64,000 nucleotides of DNA from Eledone cirrhosa (lineage: Eukaryota): positions 263,624,001 through 263,688,000 of the forward strand of contig OZ024740.1 of NCBI GenBank assembly GCA_964016885.1, in the 5' to 3' direction. A program made the position numbers and the translations under genes. The notes beneath the pieces were generated by a model. That model had not been told where the DNA came from. It saw only the letters and a list, made by a program, of their open reading frames with translations, and did no database searches. This document shows positions 1 to 13,445 of this stretch, piece by piece (position 1 is the stretch's first letter; each line of letters opens with the position of its first letter).

Positions 1-330
1 CTATTGTTAATTTTCGCTATATCCCATCGAAGATTTCCCTGTTGGCTGAGAGTCTAGAGATTCTCTGTTCTACACTTTTGACTATGACCTTTTTTAGGCT
101 GGTTTGAGAAGTAGGAAACATAATTGAAGTTCTCATTTAATTTATGGTATGGGTAGTATAGGCCTGAATTGAGGTTTAGTGTTATGTCGAGAAAGTTGGC
201 TATTCTATTGTTATTTCCTATTTCTAGATTAAGACCGAATTGTTAAAAAAGTCTATTATTATTTTCTTTTTCTTATTTAGGGCACTATTGTTATTTTTGT
301 CCATCGCTGCTTTTGACACCATTTAACTGT
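1..330 (-). mobile_element. Degraded PLE (Naiad-like) reverse transcriptase thumb fragment
   Basis: Minus strand ~100-240 reads FGLNLEIGNNNRIANFLDITLNLNSGLYYPYHKLNENFNYVSYFSN, matching the same region of the element at 61690-61850 (LGLRITVAINLSSVDFLHINLDL...PFHKLNEKL); stops on both sides. Confidence 0.7.
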
Positions 331-1275
331 TTTAACGCCTGTTCTAGTCGCAGGTTTTTTTTCATTTTTATATGTATTCAAATATACGCTCGCTTCGTCT
401 CAATCAGAGATAACATTGTTTTTTCATTTAAATTTATCATTGCTGTCATTAGCTTCCTATTTAGGGCAGATACCACAGCATGAGTTCCATTATCCCATTT
501 TATCTTTTCTATGTTTATTTTCGTTATTCTATCTGTGCTGTTTATTTTATCACACACATTTCATGATAATATAAGTATTTAATTTTCTGTTGTACGATCC
601 AGCATTTTAAAATGTTACTCTCAATTGAATCATGCGAAACCATTTTGCTGGTTTGGGAGCTGATGAGGGTGAATATGTGTGTGCGTAAACTTGTCTTATA
701 CATCACCTTTCTTTATTTACTCTTCTGGTCTCTTCTTTTAGTGGGTTTATGTGGTAACTGGAACAACTACAGCACTAAACTTATAACTGCTAGGAATCTC
801 TAAAAAACAAGTTTGTATTTACAAACATCTGTATATATCTATCTGAGCAACTTAACCGTTTTACAATGACTCGCCTATAACATGTTTACCAAAGAATTTA
901 ATTTCTACTCCACAATAAATACGCACATGTGTATGCTGTGCTAAGAGTGGTTTCAATACATTTTGAATATATCCAATTGCAATTAGTACTTCTGAACCAA
1001 ATTATAGCTATGAACATCGCACTTCTCAAAAGATATGGTTCCGGTTTTATTAATAAAATAACTTCTATTAATAATGATTCTGAACTTTTAACTATGATCT
1101 TTCAAAATAAGATTCTCTGAACTGTTTTTGGACATGATTTTTTCTTTTTTTAATTTTTGAAACTTTTACAACTTGGTCTTAAAAAGCTCAGTTCTAGAAA
1201 CTTTCGCATTTTGTAAATGTTTACCATAATGATTGTTTTAGTGTAATGCATTGTTATTATTAAGGAAGCCTTTAA

Positions 1276-1378
1276 TAAACTCCGAGGACGCCAGTGCCGA
1301 TTGCAAACTAGGGGTTGAATTCTAAAATTATAACCGAGTGATTGAAACTCTATGCCGGCAGAAACATCTGTTAGTTTA
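1276..1378 (+). ncRNA. Type I hammerhead motif, CCGAGGA core variant, long stem II
   Basis: taaact CCGAGGA cgcc...ggca GAAA catctg TT agttta; stem I taaact/agttta 6 bp; near-palindromic stem III. Confidence 0.65.
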
Positions 1379-1564
1379 ATAATGGCTTAAAAGTTTGGTG
1401 TTTCTAAACTTAATGTATAACAGCTCTGCGTGAGCCCCGCTGCTTGGAGATCTAAATAAACCGGTAAATGAGTGTAACATCTCCCGTTAATATTATTATA
1501 ACCATAATATTAATACAACTATAATATATATATATATAGAGAGAGAGAGAGACAGAGAGATATT

Positions 1565-1655
<91 letters not shown>

Positions 1656-1736
1656 TTATACATACATATATATATATACATATATAGAGAGAGAGAGAGA
1701 GATTATACATATATTTATATAGGCTTAAAATAATAA

Positions 1737-1767
<31 letters not shown>

Positions 1768-1793
1768 AAGGCAAGCATGGGGGGGGGGGTTCT

Positions 1794-1850
1794 TCATCAG
1801 TTGTCTACTGAGGGTCTCGGATATTTCAATGCTTTAAAGACAATATATCT
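1794..1850 (-). ncRNA. Rearranged (non-circularly permuted) hammerhead-like motif, copy C
   Basis: agataTA|ttgtc-11nt-GAAA-tatcc..(18nt)-gacaa-CTGATGA; same spacing as copies at 9930 and 44893. Confidence 0.65.
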
Positions 1851-3829
1851 ATCTACCCCAGAGCGTTCAAAAACTAGGTAAGTTATTGGGAAAACGGAGG
1901 AGAGAGGGAAGGAAAATAGAAGGGAAAAGGGAAGAAAGGGAAGAAAAGAGAAAAACAGCGAAAAAACAACAACAAACTGAAGAATGTGTGAGCAACTGAA
2001 GAAAGATAATCACACACATCTATATATAATGAATCAAAACATAAAATATCTTATAATTTCCTGCCTCTCAATAAACACGCTCAATGGACTTTATCCAGAG
2101 AAATAATAAATCAAATGCAAAATATATATGTATATATATATAGAGAGAGAAAGAACCATATATCTTAGAGAAAACGCAGTATATTGTATATATATTCTAA
2201 ATACATATTTCAGAGACGAATATGTACGCAAGATTGAATCATTAGAGACCTTATAACGCTATTTCATATTCAGTAGACTTTATTTTAAAATCTATGTAAC
2301 CGGTTATCAATCACAAGCTATCGATTATAATTAAACTACAGAAGACTAAGAATACTCATCACATGAATGTCTTACATATTCTATGAGAAATATAGAAGCA
2401 AAAATAGTATATAGAACATTATAGTTGCCGACATCCAGAGATAAATTTGGAACGACTCACCATACTGAAAGCCGGTGTGACGACGTTAAAACCAAGGCAA
2501 AAAGATATCAATAAAAGTAGACGTTTATTCTTCTAGATATAGGTGCGTTAATTATAGTCAGCTCAGCTCAACACATTAAGTTTTGGAGCTGTTATATACA
2601 AATTTAATGAATCAAAGCATATGAAATACGTTAAATGAGGTTTCCTATGGACCACATCAAGAGGTGTGAAGGCAGAGGAACTTTTTCTCTAACAAAGCCG
2701 TCATCCATTTCCTCTTGAGTAGAAATATGAGACAGAGGGATATGCATCTCTTTAGTAAATTTTATGAAAGATGGCCAAATAATCTTAATATACCTATTCT
2801 GTTGAAGGTTCACAGAAAAAACAGATATTATTATTATAAGGTATTCTTGGTTTGAGAAATAAATTAATAATGTTGTTTCATGAAGTAAACAAAATGATAT
2901 ATTTCGGAGAAATAATATCATTATCAGCATCATCAACAAGATCCTACACCTCCTCCCCATCATCATCCATTTACGTCCACGTTCCATGCTGGCATGGACA
3001 TGATGGTTTGTCGTGGTTCATCGCTAGACAGGTGAGAGCGACGTCACCTTGTTCATGTTCCATATTGGACAAATGGCAAACTCTATCCGTTTTATTCTGA
3101 CACAAGACTTGAATTTCTTAAAGTTAGATATTGCTAACTAAATTGGTAACAATTATTATCAAATGCTACGCAAGAATGCCATAAAACAGCAATATTGCTA
3201 TTTTCTCCTGTGAGCCTATGTCTATTCTTGTAGATAACTCGTTAATATAGCTACAGAAATAAGTGTGTATCACTCTATCTGTACCAATGCAAATAAGCTG
3301 AGAGAAACTTACTTTGACACGTACAGTTCCCTACTGTACACAATTATAGTCATTTGGTATTGCTAATTTGTTAATGAAAACGTTATAGGCCTTTTTTTGC
3401 AATAGAGAATGAAGTTAAGCTTATGTGCCCTTCGGTGTTCGGTCTATATCCTATATAACAGGTATATATTCATATGATTATCATAAAGATTTTTCTGGAA
3501 GCAGTTGAATTTTGATTGCTAGTCATACGTTTATATTGTCACCAAGTATAATTTGTCAGAGTTACAGTAAAACGCTCTAGTGAGCTGTAAGAAAGACAAA
3601 AGAAATAGAAAGTAAGACAGAGAGATGGGATATTACCAATCATGAAGTCAGTCAGACCATTATTCAACTGAGTACATATTGTTATAAGTTTTACGATGAG
3701 AAATAATATGAGCAAGGTTGTTCAGTTTAAACAGTTTAATAAATCGTTACCCTACATATTTACAGTATGGAAGAGTCAGTTGTATAAAGGTGTTACTAAA
3801 TATACATACATACTCACACGCACACAGAT

Positions 3830-3862
<33 letters not shown>

Positions 3863-3864
3863 CG

Positions 3865-3949
<85 letters not shown>

Positions 3950-4192
3950 TGTATATATATATATATATAATGTATATATAATATATAATGTATATATATA
4001 TATATAATTGTATATATATATATATAATGAGAAACGCGGCATACCAGGTCAATACGCAATAAATATTTTTCATATGTAAACGAAACTTCCACGTTTTTTG
4101 CTATTATATATGTGTGTGTGCGTGTGTGTGAGTGTGTGTGCAAGGGTGTGCGTGTGTGGTGGGTGCGTGTATATATATATGTATATATATAT

Positions 4193-4799
4193 GTCAGGTC
4201 ACCAGTTGGTGCTACTGGTAACTTGTATCCCAGTACAACCTGTCTCATGGTCGGGTCGTTGGCGACTAAACTGGCAACCCCACCAAGGTTTCTTGGTGAG
4301 GAGGGTGACTTTGGAGATCCTGCAGGACTAAAAACAAAACTTGTCAAAGGGCAAAGGAGCTCTTAAGAGTCAATGGCCATCCAAAATCACCGGGAGAGAT
4401 GACCCCTTAGCCTTTGTCAAGGCAGAATTCTAGGAGAAGGAAAACTCTGATATAACACCTGCAACCCTGATGGTATCCAATGATGTTGACTTGTTCTTTT
4501 TGGTAAATATCATCTTGGATTAAGAGAGTGGGACTGGCTTTGTGCAGTGCCTTTGCTCACTATAAAAGCTTCACGGCACAGGCATTGCTTTATATCTGGA
4601 GATCTCTCTGCACTTGTCCTCACATGGTACCATGGGCCCAGCACTATGTGTCAATAATTGTCACAAGTGTAGTGTTTGTACCAGAGGTTTCAAGTCGCTG
4701 GCTGGACTAAAAAGTCACACTCGTTCAGCGCTTCGGTAGGGGTTTTCCTTCATGGATATAAAGTAGTGGCCGTACTCGAAAACGAGTTGGCAGCCACCA
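4193..4799 (+). mobile_element. RTE-derived non-autonomous retroposon (5' UTR plus 3' end), copy 1
   Basis: ~607 bp, highly similar to 32115-32720 and 33193-33790; RTE-like 5' UTR motif ctaggagaaggaaaactctga; C-terminal zinc-finger remnant CSVCTRGFKSLAGLKSH from 4668; TA repeats on both sides. Confidence 0.75.
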
Positions 4800-4824
4800 T
4801 ATATATATGTGTGTACATCTATCT

Positions 4825-6612
4825 ATCCGAGGAAGTGTTGGAGCGCCCACATCAAATGGATTCCGACACCAGAAAGGCTAACAGGTATGCTTTCGGCCTT
4901 GATGTGGTCGCTCTTTAGACCTCGGTCTCGGCGCTCCCGGCCGTTGTTATACTGATGGAACGCGTTCAATCTACGACCTACACTGCTTCGGGCTCACCCA
5001 CACTGACATCCACCAGCTCCTATCCGTCGTCGTTGACAGCACATATTTCAGATTTATCGACCAAACATACCGGCATACCTCAGGGCTACCCATGGGCTCA
5101 AAGCTTTCGGGTGTGCTAGTGATCTCGTACATGGACTGCCTCGAGCGCAAGGCACTCAATGCCTGCCACCCCAACGCTGTTGCCTTCTTCTCAAGATACG
5201 TGGACGACATCCTCATCCTCACATCTTCCCAGGAGATGGCGAACGGGATTTACGAGACGTTCAGCAACACGGACGAGAGTATTGACTTCAGTGTTGAACA
5301 CGCTAAAGACGACGTGTCCCTTGCCCTCCTCGACTTCCGAATGAACATCACGGTGCAGGGAGGGATCCACACCAGCTTCTACCGCAACGCACCCTGCAGG
5401 GACTTGTTCGTCCACTATAAATCTGCCCTCCCTAACAGTGCTAAAAGAGGGTACATCATGAACGAGGACACGCGGATTAAAAACAAATGCAGCGATCTCG
5501 TGAGTGGTGTCACCCATACCAAGCGGTTCCTCGGGGTGCTGGAGACGAACGGATACCCAGCTTCGCTTACAAAAAGAGTAAGAGACACTAGACGCAGAAT
5601 CAGAGAAACACCCAAGGCAAGTGCTTCTTTAAAATCCCGCACCTGGGCGAGAAAACCACCAACGCTATCCGCAGGGCCATACGGAGGGAGGGCTTCGACA
5701 TCCACTTGGCCCACTCGCGCCCCTCCCTATGGAGATGCCTCTTCAGGATACCCGGGAAATTGGTTGACGCGTGTTCTCTCAGAAACTGTCCGATGCGCCA
5801 AACGAACTGTTGCTTACGCACATACGTTGTATAGAAGGTAGAATATGAGAAGTGCAACGACTACTATATCGGTAGCACAGCCGGCCACTACATATCCGCA
5901 TCAAGGAGCATATCAATCCCAGGGCCTCGTCTTTCGTGAAACACATAACCAAATGCGGGAGCAAAGACGGAAAGGCCATTGACACATTTCTAGCGACAGA
6001 AAGCAACGTCGGCACTTTAAGAATCGAGGAAGCTCTTTGGATCAAACGCCTACGACCACAAATAAATCACCGATCCGAGAGAAGCAAGACGAGATGCTGA
6101 TGTAAACAAACAAAACAACAACGCACACAGTGGCATTCGAACGATTGTTATTGTGTGTGTATAGCGCGTTCACCATCCACCGACCAACAAACAACAATCA
6201 GGCAGACTACCGACACTACCATTATCAAAGACTGAATATAGGTAGTATAATAAATTGACAGCACCATCCCACTACTACAATAAAGAAGAACTGCCTCGAC
6301 CTTTGCTTGACCGCAGCTATTCCGTTGTACACAAACGGCGGACAACAGAGGCCACGTGCCGTTCCTCTCCGACTAAAAACTTTCTCCCTCGGAAAACCCC
6401 CCAGTTGATGGATGTGAAATCCGAAATATAAGGACAATTAAATGACTTCCAAGGTTATCTCGTGTTATTATTTTTACACTCTTTCCTACGTTCCTCTACA
6501 CACTATACGTCTCATTCTTCATTTCCTCTTACATCTCTCTCTTCACCACCTGATTCTGTTACCCTGAGATTTACCCATCAGCATTGTTGAGGCTTCAAAA
6601 ACGACCAATTTT
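4825..6612 (+). mobile_element. 5'-truncated Penelope-like element: RT, Cys linker, GIY-YIG endonuclease, 3' pLTR; pseudogenised
   Basis: GLDVVAL*TS (motif A, in-frame stop 4916), GLPMGSKLS, FSRYVDDIL, LALLDF; after a frameshift CSLRNCPM..CC and YVV*KV...DYYIGST, LHIRIKEH, EALWIKRLRPQIN; degenerate HHR 6398-6433; ends in TA. Confidence 0.9.
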
Positions 6613-7045
6613 ATATATATATATATTCACATACTTGTTTGTTTGAAATTGTATATGTATATGCATGTATGTGCGTGTATGTGTGCTTTTGTATACGTGG
6701 ACAAACGTGTGGAAAGTTCTCATGAAGTTTACCTCAACCATAGGTCTCTTCTGTTAGATACCATATACTAGTATTAATTACTGTGCGCTGACGTAAATTT
6801 TTATGAGTAAATGTGTAGAAACCAGCGAGATGGACTGTAACTGTATTTTAAAAGCAAACATGAGACATAATTCATTACATTCATTTGAACCATACAAGCT
6901 TACATATATATTGACAGTCACGAGAAAAAGTACATAATACCGAAGTGGAGCTTAATTATTTATTTATTATGAGTAAGCAATGTTACCCTGGAGTTTCACT
7001 TGCGATCTCGCATGATCATCATACATAAAATGAGCCTTGTTTGAC

Positions 7046-7076
7046 GAAGAAGAAGAAGAAGAAGAAGAAGAAGAAG

Positions 7077-7105
<29 letters not shown>
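7046..7105 (+). repeat. (GAA)n microsatellite
   Basis: Direct inspection. Confidence 0.95.
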
Positions 7106-7107
<2 letters not shown>

Positions 7108-8736
7108 GTGCAAGAGAGTTGCTGTTTGGGATTGAAGATGCTACCATTTCAACTGTATGTGGTTCTAGTTTATTGTTATATTATTAATACAAAAGTGTTT
7201 GAACACATTTCTTAATACTCTAATCCAGGTTTCATATTCAAACTTGATCTCGCTCAGTATATATATGTATATATGGATACAGTCATGCAGACAATACAAT
7301 AGTATTACAAGGGCGGTGGATTGGCAGTATCGGTAGAGGGTCAGATGTATGATTTGCAGCATAGAGTTACGGCTCTTACGGTTTGAGTTCCATCCCACCA
7401 AGGTTAACTTTGCCATCCTTACGGAGTCGATTAAATAAAGCACCAGTAATGCACGGGGATAATTGCTGGCCTTGTGCCAAAAGTAGAAACAATTATTACA
7501 AATACAAACACATACACACACACCTCACATACGCAAGCGAACGCACACACACACACACACATCAAAACGCATATTAAAACGTATATACAAGTAATACAGT
7601 GAAAGATTTAACTATTTAACCTAGAAAAGAACAATAACTCGTATGTTTTTTTAACTCATCGAGAGGTGTGTCGAGAAATTCGAGAAATCCTTATTTAACA
7701 AATCTCAGTAAACTCCGTGTGCACTACGTGCAAAAGAAACGAATTCCAAAAGTCTAATTAATAAAACATTGTTGGCCAATAGTCTGTCATACATCAGTAA
7801 TGTGTTTAATCGGCACGTTACATTTTATAGACGTATTGTAGAGCAATTCATATTCTCAGCCCCCAAGTATTACATTGTGAGTTAAATTTCCTTAGATATC
7901 AAGGGTATGAGGTTTTATTAATGTGTCTAAATATTCAAGCTCAAAGCAAACAAAAGAGTGACCGATGAGGCGCTTGTAGGCAAGTTTTGGGGCTTGGCTT
8001 CGCCGTTTGGTGTATATACATCATAATTTTAGGGAGATGACTTCTTAATTTTGTTTTGATGTCTTTGAAGAAGCCCTTGTATGTAAAATGTGTGATGCGA
8101 GGCGATAATTCGATGCCTTTTTATTGACCAAATTCAGAGAATTTGGGGGAATTTTTTGATGTAGGAGCGTAAAACAATAATTCTGCTATTAAAGAGGTGG
8201 CTTGGTTGGAGATTAAAGGGTAGGTTATACCAATCGACTTATATCTTATTCAAGTTCTGTATTTTATTTTTATTTTCTGTAACAATTGTTATATTTTTTA
8301 TGGGTGATAAATGTACTGTTGATATAACTATGAATTCGTCAAACATACAGAAACCATATTGAGAAGGACTATAAATGCCATGAATAAGAGAAAATGAGGG
8401 AAAGAGCAAAGCGTATTAGGTAAACGAAGAAATAAACGGAGAAAGGGAAAAAGGTGACAGACTCTACACCTACCACAAATCGGTGTTTCAGTTGTGTCCT
8501 GAAGACAATATATATTTAAATTTTCTCAATCGAACCACTTTTCAAATGTCCTGCATTAAGTAAGCAACTGATTCAATGCAAAACATTCTTTTATACAATG
8601 AAGGTGTTCAGTAGGAAATACGTTTAAAAGGATTTTTAAATGATTGAAAGTCAGTTATATTGTTTGTTTATAGACATTTTGGTAGCATTGCTGGAATATT
8701 TCCGTATATAGATGGCGTTCATGTGCCTTAATAAAA

Positions 8737-8814
<78 letters not shown>

Positions 8815-8942
8815 GGGCGAAGGGTCCGTGCAAGCAACGCATGCAGTGCATGCGTTATAGAATCTGGAGTTGATCAATTGCGTCGGTTGAAGCAAGCAAA
8901 ATTTTGGCTGCTTACTAAAACGTATAGACACAGAAAAAGATA

Positions 8943-8976
<34 letters not shown>

Positions 8977-9579
8977 CACACGACAGCTTTGGGGCAAGCA
9001 GAAGTTTATAATATATATATATATATATATATATAAATGAAAAGTATAGAAATTATTATGAGCAAGAATCACACAGTATTTCATAATATATAAGAGACTT
9101 TGGCTTCAAAATGGGAAAATAGTTAACGTAAGATGTGGGAAAAATAATTCAAACTCAATTCAAAACGAATCAGGATATAGATTCATCCAACAGAATTTAG
9201 TGAAATTCAGGGAAAAATCAATAGAGCCTTAACTCATGATAAAATAAAGTTTAAAATACTCATCCTTCAATTTGATATATCTATATATATATCAAAGGTA
9301 TATATTGAGTTAGAAACTCAAATTAGTCTCTTACAATTAAATAGCTCAAAGAAAGTGGTTTTTCTGAGCCGTGTAATATAATTGAATATAAAAGACAGAT
9401 AAACACAGATATTAACATACACGTATTCAAATCGTAAATGTCGTGTAAACGTGGCTGCTATTTTTAGTAGTCTACGTTTATGAAACACGCTTGGTTCTGA
9501 TGCCACGTGCGTTATTTTATATTCGCACACTATTAAGTCTTCTGAGATACTTAGAAGTAAAGGAATTACTAATTTTACA

Positions 9580-9658
9580 CCCACTGATGAGCAAAGAATT
9601 GGTAATTTCCTTCGCTAAAATTGCGAAACACCATACCAAAGCTGTCTGGGTGTTCCGG
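9580..9658 (+). ncRNA. Hammerhead motif with weak stem I
   Basis: CTGATGA gcaa...ttgc GAAA cacc...ggtg TT; stems II and III pair, stem I does not. Confidence 0.5.
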
Positions 9659-9825
9659 CATTTGCCCAATACAGGTTTGTTCTCCTTTTCTTGATTTATA
9701 ATTTTAAATTGAGTCTGGCAAACCGTATTGTTAATAGTTAATATTTGTTTCACCGTAGCGAACTTGATGCCTTACAATTTGAACACATGTATGCTCGTAG
9801 CTGTGTTTATCTCTCTTTTATATTC

Positions 9826-9874
<49 letters not shown>

Positions 9875-9929
9875 TATAGAGAAAAATACTGCAGGTAGCA
9901 CATGGATAACATGTAATAAAATAAGTCCC

Positions 9930-9986
9930 TCATCAGTGATTTGCCGAAGATCATAGATATTTCATTGCATTAAAAATCATATATCT
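9930..9986 (-). ncRNA. Rearranged hammerhead-like motif, copy B
   Basis: agataTA|tgatt-11nt-GAAA-tatct..(18nt)-aatca-CTGATGA, in a ~280 bp insert between TA tracts (9870-10153). Confidence 0.65.
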
Positions 9987-10151
9987 CACGTCGGTGCAAT
10001 AATAACCAAAATAAGTTATTAGGACAATTAAAACGCGTAAAGCGAGTGAGACAGGAGAACAACAAAAAGTATAGCTAACCGTAGAGGACAGAAACAAGCT
10101 TCAAAAATTATTCTGTTTAGCGTAAGCTAGGTGAATATATGAGCGCTTAGA

Positions 10152-10247
<96 letters not shown>

Positions 10248-10491
10248 GATAACAAGTTATCGTTTTAGGTAATCCAGTTAGAAGTTGTGAGTACTCTGTA
10301 CTATGCATAGATTTAACTCACGACGTTGTTTGACTCAACAAGAGGTTTCCTTAGTTAGGAAGCGAGTTTGCGAGAATTCCCATGCAGGTCATTCTTGGAG
10401 TAGTGAAAGAGTGAAGAATAATATGGTTATTAATACTGTAAATAAAGCCCTTTTTGTACAGCCGACCATGTTGTCTTTACTTTTTCACTAC

Positions 10492-10523
<32 letters not shown>

Positions 10524-10590
10524 TATATTTATGTGTGTGTGTTTGTGTGTGTCTGTGTAGATGTGTGTGTGTGTGTGTTATGTGTGTGTG

Positions 10591-10624
<34 letters not shown>

Positions 10625-11734
10625 ATTGTTGTGAATAGAATCTGGCATTGCCATTCTCAAAGTTTCTTGTTCCGGAATCAGTGATAATCATTTGCAAAAT
10701 TATGATGTGTAATATAGAGTAATCTCAGCATTAGAATTAGTTATCACATATTTTGAGAATGATTCAAGTCAAGAAACAAATGTCCCAATAGCAAATACTG
10801 CAGCATAACCCATGGTAGAGTCACACATACTATCACACATATACACACGCACTAAACACATGAACATTTAGTAAAATTTTAGTTTCTTACTTTGTTAAGT
10901 GGAATTGTTGAAAAAGTTGAATATACTCCACTGAAATGACCTAGTATATCTTTCTTTTCTGTTTTATCGATCGTTCCTGGGAGAAGAGCAACATTCGGTT
11001 ATAGTGAAATCTGTTAAAAGCAATTTTGGAATACGTTTGATAAACTAGAAGAAAGAAAAAATGAGAAAAATCTAAAAGAAAGTAAGAAATGCATAAAGCA
11101 AGAGTGAGATACAGAGAAAGATGGGAAGGGAGAAAATGAGAGTAAAATAGAGTAATTAGGGTCATCATTAACTATTGAAAAGGGAGCCAGTATGTTTCTA
11201 AATCTATAAAATCCGATGAATTAGCTTATATACGTAACAGGAACGTTATTTGAAGTATCACGTGGTTCGTTACATTAGATTTAACCCAGTCATGATTCTC
11301 TGGAGCTGAGAATAGCTTCTTAAAAAGTAAAACTATCCTCAGCATATGGCATTCTATATTATTTTTATGAATATTTTTTTTAGTAGTATAGACATTCACT
11401 ATTTTCTCAGATTCATTACTTTTTGCCATATTTAAACTTCTCTCCGAATAACCTTTGCGGGAATAATGTCATGTCTAATGAGGTACATGATGAAATAGAT
11501 AAACAGATGAATTTGTTAAAAAGAATGTTATACTCTCACCACATTAATAGGTGCGATAAATAACAAGTTAAACATTAGTTTCCAATGAAAGGCTTTTCAC
11601 TTTTTGTAATAGCAGTAAAATACTTTCCTTAAACTACTGGCTCTTTTCTAGTAAATAGAAAATACGTCGACGTTTAGATTTTCTGCAAACGAAAGAAAAA
11701 CCTTAAACACATAATTTGGTTTCGCCCTATATAC

Positions 11735-12135
11735 GAGGTGTTGTGTTTATTCAATATCTTCAAAAGGCCCACACCATCAATGAAAAGTACTAAGCCAACT
11801 TGATTGACACATATACGACAGACTATCAAGACCGCACCTCCGGGAAAACTGAAGAAAGGGATCTTGTTTCATCAGGATAATACTCCAACACACAAATCCT
11901 TGGTTTCAATGACTAGTGTGCGTAACTGTGGTTTTCAACTGGTTAATCACTCTCCCTATTCTCCTGATTTGGCCCGATCTGTTACCCAACATAAAAAAAT
12001 CCCACTTGATTGGGAATCAGTATCGCAGTGATGATAACGTCATATCTCTCATTGGTGACGGTGTTTTTTTTACCAATAGTTGAAAGCTTCTTCACCAATT
12101 GGTTCGAAGCACAGTAACACTGATAGAAGAAGTCT
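11735..12135 (+). mobile_element. Mariner transposase relic
   Basis: GKLKKGILFHQDNTPTH and NHSPYSPDLARS match mariner HxDNAPxH and HPPYSPDLAP motifs; stops and frameshifts. Confidence 0.9.
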
Positions 12136-12769
12136 GTATGTTATAAACAACCTTCACACCTCCACGAATATATTATTTGAGGATTTTACTCTCCTTAAAC
12201 ATACTCTATGCAACTTTTATACACTTGTAGTTTTAATAGTTATACTATTTACTATCCCGTGAGTATATATTTATTCACTTTTCTTTTACTAGTTACAGTA
12301 ATTAGATTGCTGTCATTTTGAGGCGCTGACTATATAGTCGATTAAATTGGTCTTCACCTAGTAATTATTTTTAAAAGCCTATATTTATTTTACAGTTTTC
12401 TTATTGTCAAAGAGGTACGTTATGATGCGTAAACTAACAGTAAACGTAAACACAGACGCGGAAAGAACACACACGAACATATGTATATTATATATTTACA
12501 GTATATATATATATATATATATATATACATACGAGTGCGTGTAGATATATATATATATGCATGGATGCATGGTCCCGTAATTCTCGAGAATGGCGTATTT
12601 AAGAACGCCTTCTAAACCTGGTTACGTGTAGATTGCATAATAAATTAATCAATTAAGGAATTACGGCATAAAAAAACAGAGAAAGTACAGAAAAATATTT
12701 GATTTGGAGATGGCCATAAGATCGTTGATGACGGATAGACCTGGCTTTTTACTCTCTCTCTATATATAT

Positions 12770-12859
12770 GGTCTGTTGGAGATGCAGGATATGGCAGCGA
12801 TAATGAGGGACAGAGACCGCTGGAGAGAACTCGTCCATGGATCTCGGGAATTTTACCCG

Positions 12860-12863
<4 letters not shown>
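12770..12863 (+). mobile_element. RTE-type LINE 3' end fragment
   Basis: EMQDMAAIMRDRDRWRELV resembles the RTE C-terminal MxDRxxWR motif; lies between TA repeats. Confidence 0.55.
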
Positions 12864-12908
<45 letters not shown>

Positions 12909-13388
12909 GCGTCCACACATTTGGAATATTTCATTCAGAAGGGATTGGTCAACTCGAGACTATAGTAGAAGACACTTAACCCCAAAGTGCTAAAAGTTGG
13001 GACAACCTGATACTACGAGTTTGCAAAGAGACCTCCCTGGCCACCAAATGTAGCTTGCGTTTGTGTATACATACATTCTACAGGTCAGTAAATTTACCAC
13101 ACATAATTTAGACACGCCTATAATCTTACCATAAACTATTCTGACACTTTTATATTATAAAAGTGCTTTATAAAAGTGGGTACGAAGCAGCTGAGGCATT
13201 AAAGCATCTAATAGAATGTTTGTGGTATTCGCTCTGACTCTCGGCTTTCTCCCCTTTCGTATCCCGCCGAGTTCAGCTTTGTATTCACCTTTTTGAGCTT
13301 CATGAAAAGATACACCAGTCCAGTACTTCCCCTTCATCTCTTCTACACTTACTGTCATTCAATCTCTCTCTTCCAAAATGCTTGACAT

Positions 13389-13439
<51 letters not shown>

Positions 13440-13445
<6 letters not shown>

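Noticed and set aside
2631-2800. Possible host exon on the minus strand
   Set aside because: Plausible acceptor but no recognisable protein or partner exons
8170-8260. Minus-strand DWYNLPFNL resembling the Naiad WFNPPF motif
   Set aside because: Single short motif, flanks too decayed
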